Positions 27,476 to 37,579 are shown, counted from the first letter of the stretch. The stretch: 64,000 nucleotides of DNA from Dehalococcoidia bacterium (GCA_022825745.1 JAJDWF010000114.1:4515-68514); one strand, 5' to 3'. Translations and numbers: made by a program. The notes: generated from the letters alone by a model not told the origin.

Positions 27476-28135
27476 TCAACTACGCTTCCCAGTGGCGCAC
27501 ACATCCTGTAGGCAACACTCGCTGCAGCGCGGATTGTTTTTTGCGCACGATTCCTTGTGGTGGCGGTCCAGCAGCGCGTGGAACTCATTGTACACCGGCA
27601 CGTCCTCGGGCACGCCGGCGTGGAACATGGCCTGCCAGCCGGCGTAGTCATCCTTGCCTTCCGGCGTTAATCCCACGCGCCGCATGATCCTGATGGTGTA
27701 GGCGTCGATGACGAACGACGGTTTTCCCGCCGCGTACACCAGGATGTCGTCCGCCGTTTCCGGCCCGATGCCGTGGATGCCCAGCAACTCGCGGCGCAGC
27801 GTCGCAGTGTCCGCCGCTAACATTGCGTCCAGGTTGCCGTCGTAGTCCTCGCACACGTGGGCGGCAAACGCCTTGAGCTTGCGGGCTTTGGCGTTGTAAT
27901 ACCCCGACGGACGCACCAACTCTGCCAGCGCGTCGATTGCCATCTCATGCACCGCCGGCCAGTCGGTGATGCCGGCCGCCCGCAGGTTCGCCAGCGCGAG
28001 TTCCACGTTGCGCCAGGCCGCCGCCTGCGTCAGGATGGCGCCGGCGATCATCTCGAAACGGCTCTCGCTTGGCCACCAGCCCTGCGGCCCGTAGGCGTTC
28101 AGCAGGCGGTGATAGATGTCCATCAACGGCGTCAT
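27476..28135 (-). CDS. Endonuclease III-related HhH-GPD domain protein with [4Fe-4S] loop
   Basis: LLGIHGIGPETADDILVYA (HhH-GPD) and C-x6-C-x2-C-x5-C (CAKNNPRCSECCLQDVC). Confidence 0.75.
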   Translation of the reverse strand: MTPLMDIYHRLLNAYGPQGWWPSESRFEMIAGAILTQAAAWRNVELALANLRAAGITDWPAVHEMAIDALAELVRPSGYYNAKARKLKAFAAHVCEDYDGNLDAMLAADTATLRRELLGIHGIGPETADDILVYAAGKPSFVIDAYTIRIMRRVGLTPEGKDDYAGWQAMFHAGVPEDVPVYNEFHALLDRHHKESCAKNNPRCSECCLQDVCATGKRS

Positions 28136-28821
28136 AGCAGCGCCGGAATTTCTTCGGCCAGGGTGATGCTTTGCTCATCGACGTGGCAGCGGTACGCCCA
28201 GACCTCGACACCCCTGGCCGCCGCCGTTCTCAACGTCTCGCCCAGCAGCGGGTCGGCTTGGTCATGGGGCGCGAACGCTTCGGCGTCGAGCCGCTGTATC
28301 ACGAAAATCACGCCAGCCCGGTGTCCCTCGTCCATCGCCGCCATCAGGCTGTGCAGGTGTTTCACGCCCCGGAGCGTGGGGGCGTCCGGGAATAGACCAA
28401 CTCCGTCCTCCACCAGCGTCACCGACTTGGTTTCCACGTAACACGAACCCTGCGAGCCTTCCAGCAGGAAGTCCAGCCGGCTCTCGCCGAAGGTGCTCTC
28501 CGGGCGTACGTGGGAGTATCCGGCGAACTGCGGGAGCCGGCCCTCGGCGATGGCCTCGGCTACGAGCTTGTTGGGCAGGCGGGCGTCGGCGGACGATATG
28601 GCGTCCCCGGTGTCCACCAGGGCCAGATCGAACGCGGTCTTGCGGGCGGTGCCGGCCGGCGCCGGATTCAAGAGCACCCGGTAGCCCGGCACAAGTAACT
28701 CGCCCATGCGCCCCGAGTTGGCCACGTGAACCAGGTACTCCCGCTTCTCAACGTCCACCAGCGCGGCGAAACGGTTGAGCCGCTTGATGAACCTGCCTTC
28801 AACTAATGGGGGAAACCGCAA
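28132..28821 (-). CDS. sfsA: SfsA family DNA/RNA nuclease (sugar fermentation stimulation protein A)
   Basis: GRFIKRLNRFAALVDVEKREYLVHVANSGRMGELL..SRLDFLL..YVETKSVTL. Confidence 0.85.
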   Translation of the reverse strand: MRFPPLVEGRFIKRLNRFAALVDVEKREYLVHVANSGRMGELLVPGYRVLLNPAPAGTARKTAFDLALVDTGDAISSADARLPNKLVAEAIAEGRLPQFAGYSHVRPESTFGESRLDFLLEGSQGSCYVETKSVTLVEDGVGLFPDAPTLRGVKHLHSLMAAMDEGHRAGVIFVIQRLDAEAFAPHDQADPLLGETLRTAAARGVEVWAYRCHVDEQSITLAEEIPALL

Positions 28822-29005
28822 AAGGGGACTCCAAGCGCCGGCGGGATGCGGTCATAGTAGCAACGGCCCGAACGCCCTTGCAACGGTAGGCGGGCCGTCG
28901 GCAGTATTGCGCCGCGTTTTCCGAAATAAGTTTGCAACACGGATAAAAGGCCGGGTGGAGTATAATATCCGGCGATGTTGTCCGGGATTGCCTTGCAACA
29001 TCCCG

Positions 29006-30412
29006 ATGCCGGCGGTTTCCGGCGGGAGTCCCCTGTTGTTGCGAGCGAATGAAATAGCCCATCCGGTGCGCCTGGCGCGGGGCCTGTTTTACGGGTGGTG
29101 GCTGGCGGTCATCGGCGCCGTGATCATGGTCATCGGGACGGTGCCGCTGTTCCAGGCGCTCTCCCTGTGGATGCCGGTGCTGCAAGGGCATTTCGGCTGG
29201 ACCACCACTCAACTTTCGTGGGCGTTCACGCTGACCCGCGTCGAAGGCACGGTAATGGGGCCGATTGCCGGCTGGGGCGTGGACAAGTTCGGCCCGCGCA
29301 AGATGGTTGCCATCGGCCTGCTGGTGTTCGCCGCCGGATTCATCCTGTTCAGCAGGACGTCCAACCTGTGGATGTTCTACCTTTCGTTCGTCGTCATCAG
29401 CCTGGGCGCGGGCTTGGGCTCCTGGCTGCCGGCCAACACCGCGTTGAACAACTGGTTCCGCGTCCGGCGCTCCACGGCCATGTCGATACCCATGCTGGGC
29501 TTCGGCCTGGGCGGCGTGGTGATCGTCCCGTTGATGGCCTGGATGATGGGCTGGGACGCCCAGGCGGCGGCGGCGATACCCGGCCGGCTGGGCTGGCAGA
29601 ACACCGCGCTGGTGGTGGGCGCGGTCGGGCTGGTGGCGTCGTTCCCGCTGGCGTGGCTGGTGCGGAACCGCCCCGAAGACTACGGACAGCACCCGGACGG
29701 GATCGACCCGGCCACGGCGAGCGACGCCGGGCCCCGCCAGTCGGCCAACGGCGGAGCGGTGGCGCCGGACTACACCTGGCAGGAATCGGTACGGACGCGG
29801 GCGTTCTGGCTGATCACCATGGGCCACGCCAGTTCGTCAATCATCATCATCAGCGTGATGACCTACCTGGGCCTGGTGATGGTCGAGCGCGGGTTCAACC
29901 TGGTGCAGGTGGGCCTGGTGATTTCCGTGCAGACGGCGGTATCCACGGCGTTCATGGTGATCGGGGGCATGGTCGGCGACCGGATTCCCATACGGATTGC
30001 GATATGGGGATTTTCGTTCCTGCAATCCATCGCCATCACGGTGCTGCTGTTTGCCGAAACGCTGCCGCTGTTCTTCCTGTTTGGCATCCTGATGGGGATC
30101 GGGTTCGGCGGACGCACGCCGCTGACAACGTCGATACGGGGTGTGTACTTCGGGCGGAGCAGCTTCGCCCGGATCACGGGCATCTCGATGATCCCGATGA
30201 ACATAATGTTTATAGTGGTGGTGCCGTATATCGCGTGGATGAAGGACAGCATCACGGGCACGTACACTCTGCCGTTCGCCACCATAGCCATCGTCAGCGC
30301 CATAGGCTCGTTCATGTTTCTGGTGCTGGGGAATCCGCAGCTATCGCCGTCGCAGCGCCGGCAGGCCGACGTGCGCCGGCTGGTGACGCGGGGAGCGGGA
30401 GCCTCGGATTGA
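29006..30412 (+). CDS. MFS transporter (OFA/oxalate-formate antiporter-like)
   Basis: 12-TM-like hydrophobic pattern; GWGVDKFGPRKM loop motif. Start at ATG 29006 inside track ORF 28775; the start is uncertain. Confidence 0.75.
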   Translation: MPAVSGGSPLLLRANEIAHPVRLARGLFYGWWLAVIGAVIMVIGTVPLFQALSLWMPVLQGHFGWTTTQLSWAFTLTRVEGTVMGPIAGWGVDKFGPRKMVAIGLLVFAAGFILFSRTSNLWMFYLSFVVISLGAGLGSWLPANTALNNWFRVRRSTAMSIPMLGFGLGGVVIVPLMAWMMGWDAQAAAAIPGRLGWQNTALVVGAVGLVASFPLAWLVRNRPEDYGQHPDGIDPATASDAGPRQSANGGAVAPDYTWQESVRTRAFWLITMGHASSSIIIISVMTYLGLVMVERGFNLVQVGLVISVQTAVSTAFMVIGGMVGDRIPIRIAIWGFSFLQSIAITVLLFAETLPLFFLFGILMGIGFGGRTPLTTSIRGVYFGRSSFARITGISMIPMNIMFIVVVPYIAWMKDSITGTYTLPFATIAIVSAIGSFMFLVLGNPQLSPSQRRQADVRRLVTRGAGASD

Positions 30413-30428
30413 ACGGGGGCTACCGGTG

Positions 30429-31730
30429 ATGGATCCGGGCAGGCCTGACGCCCGGCGAGGGATGATAGGGTGGTTGGCGGAATTCGTCCGCAGCCAAAAC
30501 ACCGATGGGGTGTTCTACGGGTGGCGGCTGGTCCTCATCGGTATTTTAGTTGTCGTCGCAGGTCGGGAAATCGGCGATGGATTGATCGAGACGGCGTGGG
30601 GCAGCAGGGCTTTCGAAGGCGATGGGATCGGGCCGCCCTGGAATGCGGTAGCCATAGTGGGCGGCGTCATCGGCTGGTTGTTGTCCCTGTGGATTGCCGG
30701 CAAAGGAGTTGACCGGCTGGGGCCGAGGAGGATGGCTCTGATCGGTTTGCCGTTGGTGGGCCTGGTCGCCTTGTTGGCGGCCCTGCCAGGGTCCGGGGTT
30801 CTCTATGCGGCAGTGGCCGGCATAACCGGTTTGGGGGTTATCGCCGCTCACATTCCGGCGATAACGACGCTGAACAACTGGTTTCGTGAGCGGCTGGCCC
30901 TGGCGTTGGGTCTGATGCTCTGCGGAGTGGCAATCGGCGGGATAGCGATTAAGTTTCTGCTGTCTGCGCTGTTACTGGCAATGGACTGGCGATTGCTTAC
31001 GGTAGTGTCCGGCGCGGCGGTCATGGTGGTGGCGTTGCCGTTAGCGCGCTCAATACGCAATCGCCCTGAGGATTGGGGAGAACACCCTGATGGGTTGACT
31101 CCGGCGGCGAGCATCCCGAATTACTTCTGGCGGGAAGCCATGCGGTCGAGTCGGTTCTGGACGCTGATGGCCGCCGGTTGCTGCGTAGCCGTCGCAGAGA
31201 CGATAGCCGGCGTTTACGACGGGCCGATCATCGCACAGAGCGCGAGCAGTTCCACGATTGATGCCATTGACAAGGTTGGACTGTTTCGAGAGTACGCATC
31301 GGTAGCAGGGATCCTGGCCGGCGGGTTGGCGAGCTACCGGTTCTCCGTCAGGCGGGTGTTGGCTGCAGCAGCCGTTGTGCAGGCGGTTGGAATAGTGCTG
31401 TTGCTGACTGGATTCGGGACGGTTTTCCTGGAAGCGGCCGTTTTGCTGGGCATAGCATCGGGGATGGCCACGGCTCCGGGGATCGCAGCGGTTGGCGTCT
31501 ATTTTGGCCGGCGCAGTTTTGGGACGATCATCGTAACAATGTTCCTGATCAATCAGATCGTGCCGTCCGCTGTGCTGGCAGGCGCCGGCTATACGTCTGC
31601 GGCGGCCGGGTACGTGGCGGTTTTCGTGGCGACTGCCATCATCAGCTTGATAGGAGCGGGCTTGTACCTGGCGCTGGGGCAGCCCAGGTTGTCGCCATCT
31701 CAACAGCTCGAAAATCCGGCGATCAATTGA
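30429..31730 (+). CDS. MFS transporter, divergent tandem paralog of the preceding gene
   Basis: VFYGWRLVLIG.., GKGVDRLGPRRM, RNRPEDWGEHPDG (compare RNRPEDYGQHPDG in the neighbour). Confidence 0.7.
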   Translation: MDPGRPDARRGMIGWLAEFVRSQNTDGVFYGWRLVLIGILVVVAGREIGDGLIETAWGSRAFEGDGIGPPWNAVAIVGGVIGWLLSLWIAGKGVDRLGPRRMALIGLPLVGLVALLAALPGSGVLYAAVAGITGLGVIAAHIPAITTLNNWFRERLALALGLMLCGVAIGGIAIKFLLSALLLAMDWRLLTVVSGAAVMVVALPLARSIRNRPEDWGEHPDGLTPAASIPNYFWREAMRSSRFWTLMAAGCCVAVAETIAGVYDGPIIAQSASSSTIDAIDKVGLFREYASVAGILAGGLASYRFSVRRVLAAAAVVQAVGIVLLLTGFGTVFLEAAVLLGIASGMATAPGIAAVGVYFGRRSFGTIIVTMFLINQIVPSAVLAGAGYTSAAAGYVAVFVATAIISLIGAGLYLALGQPRLSPSQQLENPAIN

Positions 31731-32664
31731 ACTTCGCCATGACTTCCTCGGCGAACAGGGCCGGCGTTTCGGACGGCGCGGGGTCGGGGAAAACGACGAA
31801 GTAATAGCGGATGCCGGATTCGACGTACTCGTTGATGCGGTCGGCCACCTGCTCCGGCGTTCCGGAGAGGGTGTTTGGCAACCGTTGGGACCGGTACTCG
31901 GCGGCGGTCATGCCGGCCCGCCCTGCCAGTTGCGCCACCAATGCGTCGTACTCGCGCGGTGTGGGCGCGATGACGCAGTCGGCGTTGTGGGTCCACTGGA
32001 TAGCAGACGGGTCGCGGCCGGCGGCTTCCGCCGCTTGGCGCACGATGCTCTGGTACCGGCGGTGGTCGTCCACAGTGTCGTTGTTGCCGACGTTGGCGAT
32101 GTCGGCGATGCGCCCGATGGTGGGCAGCACGTAGCGCGGGCCGTGGCCGCCGACGAGAACGGGTGGCATTGGCTGTTGGACCGGTTTGGGTTGCACGGAC
32201 GCGCCGTCAACGCCGTAATACCGGCCGTTGTGGGTTACCGATGGCTCAGTCCACAGCCGGCGGATGAGGCTCACCGACTCCTCCAGCATCGCGCAACGCT
32301 CACGGGTGGTGGGGAACGGCAGGCCGCTGGCCCGCGTGTCGCTCCCGCTGCCGCCGGCGCCGATGCCCAGGGTGATCCTGCCGCCACTGATTACGTCCAG
32401 GGTTGCGGCCATCTTGGCGAGGAGCGCCGGATGGCGGTAGGGGTTGGCCAGCACCATGGGCACGGCGCGGATGCGCCGGGTCTGGGCGAGCAGCGCGGTC
32501 AGCGTCGTCCAGCATTCCAGGGCGTCGGTGTTGAGCAGGTCGAACAGGCTGGCCGAGTAGTAGCCGAGGCGGTCGGCCTCCAGCCAGACGCGCCGGAGGT
32601 CGTCGTATGAGTAGCGGTACTGGTTGATGCGGACGTTGAATTTGACGGGTGATTGGGATGACAT
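31723..32664 (-). CDS. LLM-class F420-dependent oxidoreductase
   Basis: LDVISGGRITLGIGAGG.., PKPVQQPMPPVLVGGHGPR. Confidence 0.8.
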   Translation of the reverse strand: MSSQSPVKFNVRINQYRYSYDDLRRVWLEADRLGYYSASLFDLLNTDALECWTTLTALLAQTRRIRAVPMVLANPYRHPALLAKMAATLDVISGGRITLGIGAGGSGSDTRASGLPFPTTRERCAMLEESVSLIRRLWTEPSVTHNGRYYGVDGASVQPKPVQQPMPPVLVGGHGPRYVLPTIGRIADIANVGNNDTVDDHRRYQSIVRQAAEAAGRDPSAIQWTHNADCVIAPTPREYDALVAQLAGRAGMTAAEYRSQRLPNTLSGTPEQVADRINEYVESGIRYYFVVFPDPAPSETPALFAEEVMAKFN

Positions 32665-32680
32665 GGTTGTTTAACCCAAA

Positions 32681-32708
32681 GTAGGGGCGAATTACCATTC
32701 GCCCCTAC
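32681..32708. terminator. REP-like palindrome family 1 (AGGGGCGAAT-N4-ATTCGCCCCT), probable terminator after the LLM gene
   Basis: gtaggggcgaattaccattcgcccctac forms a perfect 12-bp stem, 25 nt past the stop at 32733 on the minus strand. Confidence 0.5.
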
Positions 32709-32732
32709 GGAGTTCGAGCGTTGTCGCGGCGG

Positions 32733-33917
32733 TTACTTGGATCCGTTGCCGTTGCGGAACGCCGGGATGACTTCCTTGCCGAACTTTTCGATGGAGGCCA
32801 TGACCTTTTCGTGGGGGATGGTCTCGGTCTGCATGATGAGCATGACCTGGTCCACGCCGATGTCCTCGTACATCTGGCAGGTCTTGATGCAGGACTCGGG
32901 ATTGCCGGCGATGATGACGCCGCGGTCGGACAGGGTCTTGCCGTCCAGTTGGGCGATGGCGGCGCGGGCGGCGCCGGGGCCGGCGTCCAGCGAGAGGCCG
33001 ACGTCCTGGGCGAGTTGCTGGTGCTCCTCGTCGGACTGGCGGAGCCAGCGGCTGAAGTCGGCGGACAGGTGCTCGGGAACACCGCCCCAGGCTTCCAGCA
33101 ATTCTTCGTAGGCGCCGATGCGGCCGGCGATGTAGGGCTTGTCGGGGCCGAAGAAGGTCTTCATGGACTCGGCGGCCAGTTCCTTGGCGTAGTCGTCATC
33201 GTCGTCGCAGAAGCCGTGGACGTTGTTACCCCAGAACTCGGTGACAAATTCGCCGACGGGCTCGCAGTCCTTGAGGGCGTCGCGGTAAATCTGCACCTTT
33301 TCCTTGAGTACTTCCACGGCGTAGGAGGCCGAGGACAACACGCCGATGCCCTTCTGGGCGGCCAGGCGGAAGCTGTCTTCGGAGGTGCAGGCCAGGTAAA
33401 GGCGCGGGTGGGGCTGCTGGTAGGGCTTGGGGAGCACGCGGCGCTTGGGGACGCTCCAGTTCTCGCCCTCGTACTCGTACTCGTCGGAGGTCCAGATCTT
33501 GGGCAGCATACTGATGGACTCGTTCCACAAGTTGCGGGTCTCCCGCGGGTCGATGCCCAGGCCGGTCTGCTCGTAGGCGTTGGAGCGGCCGGTGCCGACC
33601 TCGATGCGGCCATCGGTGAGCTGGTCCAGCAGGGCGACGCGCTCGGCGACGCGGACGGGATGGTGGTAGGGCAGAATGCAGACGCCGTAGCCAATGCGGA
33701 TGTTCTTGGTGATGCGGCTCAACGCGCCGAACATGGCGTCCTGGGAGGGCGAGCCGGAGAAGCCGGTGAGGAAATGGTGTTCCACGAACCAGAGGTTGTC
33801 GAACCCCACCTGGTCGGCCAGTTCGCACTGTTCCAGTGTTTCCTTGTAAAGGGCGTTCCAATCGATCTCAGTGCCCTGGAAGGGGCGCTGGCATTCGTAA
33901 AGCAGGCCGAACTGCAT
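32733..33917 (-). CDS. LLM-class flavin-dependent oxidoreductase
   Basis: MQFGLLYECQRPF..FDNLWFVEHHFLTGFSGSPS..GRIEVGTGRS. ATG 33917 after GAGAGGAG. The upstream 100 codons of the track ORF were rejected. Confidence 0.8.
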   Translation of the reverse strand: MQFGLLYECQRPFQGTEIDWNALYKETLEQCELADQVGFDNLWFVEHHFLTGFSGSPSQDAMFGALSRITKNIRIGYGVCILPYHHPVRVAERVALLDQLTDGRIEVGTGRSNAYEQTGLGIDPRETRNLWNESISMLPKIWTSDEYEYEGENWSVPKRRVLPKPYQQPHPRLYLACTSEDSFRLAAQKGIGVLSSASYAVEVLKEKVQIYRDALKDCEPVGEFVTEFWGNNVHGFCDDDDDYAKELAAESMKTFFGPDKPYIAGRIGAYEELLEAWGGVPEHLSADFSRWLRQSDEEHQQLAQDVGLSLDAGPGAARAAIAQLDGKTLSDRGVIIAGNPESCIKTCQMYEDIGVDQVMLIMQTETIPHEKVMASIEKFGKEVIPAFRNGNGSK

Positions 33918-34170
33918 GGCTAATCTCCTCTCGTAGTGACGGATTGCATCAGGCGCGCCCGACGCAGCGGCGGTTTCCCGAAGCAAAATGGGACTCTGCC
34001 GGCCCGGGGCGCGAATTGGCGGCAGTATAGCGCAAAACGGTTTGGATTGGGAAATCCATAGCCGTATGATACAGTGGCGCAGCAACTGCCCCGCTTGCCG
34101 GCGATGGCGTAAGCGGCGATAATCCGCTGCAAGGCAAAACACGTAGGCGTCCACCAGGAGGCGTAGCGTA

Positions 34171-35709
34171 ATGAAGTATGACGTAATTATCATTGGCGCC
34201 GGGTCGGCCGGCTGCACGATGGCGGCCCGCCTGACCGAAGACCCGGACCGTTCGGTGCTGGTGCTGGAGGCCGGGCCAGACTACCCCGACTTTGAGCTGT
34301 ACCCCGACGACCTGAAGTACGGCTACGACCAGACGGCCTCGGCGGTCAACGCGCCGCACAACTGGACCTTCTGGGCGAACAACCCCGGGCAGGCCAACCC
34401 CATGCCCGTGCCTCGCGGCCGGGTCGTGGGTGGCTCGTCGGCCATCAACGGACAGGTGCTGCTGCGGGGCGTGCCCGAGGACTACGACGCCTGGGCGGCC
34501 CTGGGCAACGACGAGTGGGGCTTCACCGAGTGCCTGCCCTACTTCCGCAAGCTGGAAACCGACACCGACATCACGGATGACTTTCACGGCAACACCGGCC
34601 CGATTCCGGTGCGCCGCCACCGCCGGGAGGACTGGCTGCCGGCCCAAGTAGCGTTCTGGAACGCCTGCCGCTCCGCCGGATATCCCGACGACCCGGACAT
34701 GAACCACCCGGATTCGGGCGGCGTGGGGCCCATTCCCATGAACAACCCCAACGGCGTCCGCATGAGCACGTCGATTACCTACCTGCGGGAGGCGCGGCAT
34801 CGGCTGAACCTGACCATCCGCGCCAACGTCACTTGCCGGCGCATCGTTTTCGAGGGCAAGAAGGCCGTGGGCGTCGAGGTGGAAAGCGGCGGCGAAGTGT
34901 TCACCGTGGAGGGCGAGGACATCATCCTCAGCTCGGGGGCGATAGGATCGCCGCAACTGCTGTTGCTGTCCGGCGTTGGCCCGGCCGACCACCTGCGGGA
35001 GATGGGGATACCGGTGGTTCACGAACTGCCGGGCGTGGGCCAAAACCTACGCGACCATCCCAACATCCGCGTGCCGGTGAAGGTCAAGGACGACTTCCCG
35101 CTGGACCCGTCGGCGCCGCGTACCCAGGTTTGCCTGCGCTACACCGCGACGGACAGCCACCTGCGCAACGACATCCAGATCATGCAGTCGTCGTTCTCGT
35201 CGCCAATCGCCGGCGACCCGCTGGAAGCCGAGGGCATCCGGTTCACCTGCATCCTGGAGCTGGCGGTGGGTTCGGGCCACCTGCAACTGGCCAGCACCGA
35301 CCCGCACGAGCAGGTAAACCTGAACTACAACTACTTCCAGGAGGAGTTCGACCTGTCGCGGATGCGCGAGGCCGTCCGGCTGTGCGTGAACCTGCTGGAC
35401 AGCGAGCATTACCGCGACGTGGCCGATGAGTTGCTGGACCCGCTGCCGGCGGACCTGGAAAGCGACGAGGCGCTGAACGACTGGCTCAAGCGCACCGTGA
35501 GCACGTCGCAGCACATCTCGGGCACCTGCAAGATTGGCACGTCCGACGACCCGATGGCCGTGGTTGACCAGCACTGCCGGGTGTATGGGCTGGAGAACCT
35601 GCACGTGGCCGACGCGTCGGTGATGCCCGACTGCATACGGGCCAACACCAACTGCACGACGATCATGATCGCCGAGCGCAAATCGGACTGGTTCCGCGCC
35701 GGCGAATAG
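34171..35709 (+). CDS. GMC family oxidoreductase (choline dehydrogenase-like)
   Basis: MKYDVIIIGAGSAGCTMAARLTED, GGSSAINGQV, and a C-terminal HISGTCKIG..VVD..RVYGLENLHVADASVMP signature. Confidence 0.9.
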   Translation: MKYDVIIIGAGSAGCTMAARLTEDPDRSVLVLEAGPDYPDFELYPDDLKYGYDQTASAVNAPHNWTFWANNPGQANPMPVPRGRVVGGSSAINGQVLLRGVPEDYDAWAALGNDEWGFTECLPYFRKLETDTDITDDFHGNTGPIPVRRHRREDWLPAQVAFWNACRSAGYPDDPDMNHPDSGGVGPIPMNNPNGVRMSTSITYLREARHRLNLTIRANVTCRRIVFEGKKAVGVEVESGGEVFTVEGEDIILSSGAIGSPQLLLLSGVGPADHLREMGIPVVHELPGVGQNLRDHPNIRVPVKVKDDFPLDPSAPRTQVCLRYTATDSHLRNDIQIMQSSFSSPIAGDPLEAEGIRFTCILELAVGSGHLQLASTDPHEQVNLNYNYFQEEFDLSRMREAVRLCVNLLDSEHYRDVADELLDPLPADLESDEALNDWLKRTVSTSQHISGTCKIGTSDDPMAVVDQHCRVYGLENLHVADASVMPDCIRANTNCTTIMIAERKSDWFRAGE

Positions 35710-35737
35710 AGCAACAAACCAAATAAGGGGCGAAAAA

Positions 35738-36517
35738 ATGACCACCGCAGTACGAGAAGTCCACGTTTACACCAACCCTGGTTGATTCAGCTGCCGGACG
35801 CTGGAGGAATTCCTGGCGTCCAACGGTGTTCAGTATGAACACCACGATCTGCTGACCGACGACGCGGCCCGCGAGGACCTGAAGTCCCGGGGCGTGCTGT
35901 CCGCGCCCGTCACCATCATCGACGGCACCGAGGTCATCATCGGGTACTACCCGAAGAAGCTGATCCCGGCGCTGGGCCTGGAGGACGCGCCCATCGACCT
36001 GTCGGGCAAGACGGCCTGGCTGGGCGACAAGTACCGCCTGATCCTGGACGCCGCCGTTCGCGCGACGCTGGAATTGTCGGAAGAGCAACTGGCCCAGCCG
36101 GTGCAGTGGCGTCCCGAGATGCTGCGGGACACGCTGGTGCACATCGTGTCGTTCCCGGAACTGGCTTATACCAGCCGCACACGGGGCTCCATGAGCTCCG
36201 ACGACATGCGGGCGTGCCGCGAGAGCCTGGCGCACCTGGTGAAGCCGCAGGACATCGCCGACTACGCCAACGGCGTCGCCGACGGAATCGTCGCATTCCT
36301 GAACAGCGGCGACACCGAGGGATTCGACCGGGTGGTGCCGGCGCACTACGGCGGCGAGGTGACGGTGCTGGAACTGCTCAACATCATCCTGAGCCACAGC
36401 ACGCACCACCTGAAGCAGGTCTATTGGTTCATGGACACCAACCTGAACCAGCCGGCGCAGACTCCCGCTACTGAGGAAGACATGGAGGGCATCTTCACGC
36501 CGGCCCAGCTGATATAG
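35738..36517 (+). CDS. Candidate selenoprotein: glutaredoxin/NrdH-fold domain with U-x-x-C (TGA at 35783-35785) fused to a DinB-like domain
   Basis: ATG 35738 is in the same frame as track ORF 35894..36517, and the only stop between them is TGA 35783. The read-through gives MTTAVREVHVYTNPG[U]FSCRTLEEFLASNGVQYEHHDLLTDDAAREDLKSRGVLSAPVTIIDGTEVIIGYYPKKL. The C-terminal part contains His residues in a DinB-like arrangement (LVHIV, ILSHSTHHLKQ). Confidence 0.6.
35796..35821 (+). promoter_or_regulatory. Candidate bacterial SECIS hairpin
   Basis: ggacgc (35796-35801) pairs with gcgtcc (35816-35821). An inner agg/cct stem carries an aatt loop, with the apical loop about 23 nt after the UGA. Confidence 0.4.
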
Positions 36518-36546
36518 GTTGGGCCAGGCGGGAGGGTTGAAGGACT

Positions 36547-37518
36547 ATGGCCGAACCACTGATTGCGTTGGACGAGGTACCCGAGACCCGGGTAATCATA
36601 GCCGGCTGGCGTCGTCAGTGGTCGGACGGCGGCAACATATCCAGCGGGATGCCGCGCTGGCTGATCGACAAGCTGTCGGCGCGCCGCATCGGACGCATGA
36701 CGGGCGAAATTTCACGGATGTGTTTTCCGTTCCAGGTGGCGGGCACCCACGACCTGTACCGGCCCCGGGCCGCGTTCAACGACGGGTTGCCGAGTAGCCC
36801 GATGCAATGGGATAACGGATTCTGGGACGCCGGCAACGGGCTGGTGATATTCCTGGGCATCGAGCCGTGGTATCGCATCGACCTGTACGGCCAGGCGTTC
36901 TTTGAAGCGGTGGCCGCCCTGGGCAATCCCAAGATCGCAGCGGTGGAAGGCTACAACGGGCCGGCCCCGCCGGAGCAGGAACGGCGGATTTCGTGCGTGT
37001 ACAGCAAGGCGTCAATGGCCGATGAGCTGCGACAGCACGGGATGCTGTTTTCCAGCTACGGGTCCCAGCAGCGGCAAGGGCCGACGGTGGGGATGGCCAT
37101 GGTGAGCCTGGCCCACTACCAGCATCCCGACGTGGAAATGGTGCGGGTGGGCGCGATGGCCCCGATGTTCCCGTTCAGCGGCGGCAGCGGCGGCCAACTG
37201 GGCATCACCACCGACCACCGTGCGTTTTACGACATCATGCGACGGTTGCGCGCGTTGTACTCGCTGGACATCGACCTTTCGGACCTGCGGCCCCGGTACG
37301 AGGAGGAAGCGCAACGGCTCCAGGAATCGCTGGACCGGGTGGCGCAAAGGAACGACGAAGCCCGGCGTTACATCGACCGGGTGCGGAGCGAGCACAATTT
37401 CCAGCCCTTTGAGGAACCCATCGAGTTGCCCCCGAGCATTGAGGGCACGCTGGCCGACATCCTGGGGCAGTTCGACCTGCCGGGCGATGACGACGACGGC
37501 CTGGCCGGGGCGCGTTGA
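36547..37518 (+). CDS. PAC2-family (proteasome assembly chaperone-like) protein, tentative
   Basis: The N-terminus TRVIIAGWRRQWSDGGNISSGMPRWLIDKL resembles the PAC2 'vigfpG.gdaG.va' start. The rest is not firmly recognised. Confidence 0.4.
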   Translation: MAEPLIALDEVPETRVIIAGWRRQWSDGGNISSGMPRWLIDKLSARRIGRMTGEISRMCFPFQVAGTHDLYRPRAAFNDGLPSSPMQWDNGFWDAGNGLVIFLGIEPWYRIDLYGQAFFEAVAALGNPKIAAVEGYNGPAPPEQERRISCVYSKASMADELRQHGMLFSSYGSQQRQGPTVGMAMVSLAHYQHPDVEMVRVGAMAPMFPFSGGSGGQLGITTDHRAFYDIMRRLRALYSLDIDLSDLRPRYEEEAQRLQESLDRVAQRNDEARRYIDRVRSEHNFQPFEEPIELPPSIEGTLADILGQFDLPGDDDDGLAGAR

Positions 37519-37547
37519 CGGCGTCGGGTTCGGGTTGCTAGAAACTC

Positions 37548-37577
37548 AATAGGGGCGAATGATTATTCGCCCCTATT
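37548..37577. terminator. REP-like palindrome family 1 copy (bidirectional terminator position)
   Basis: aataggggcgaatgattattcgcccctatt lies between convergent genes ending at 37518 (+) and 37618 (-). Confidence 0.5.
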
Positions 37578-37579
37578 CT

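Noticed and set aside
33949-36409. Minus-strand ORFs 33949..35043, 35047..35745 and 35663..36409
   Set aside because: Antisense to the GMC oxidoreductase and to the Grx/DinB candidate, with no SD or domain signals. They were considered as an alternative explanation for the TGA-interrupted frame but do not compete.
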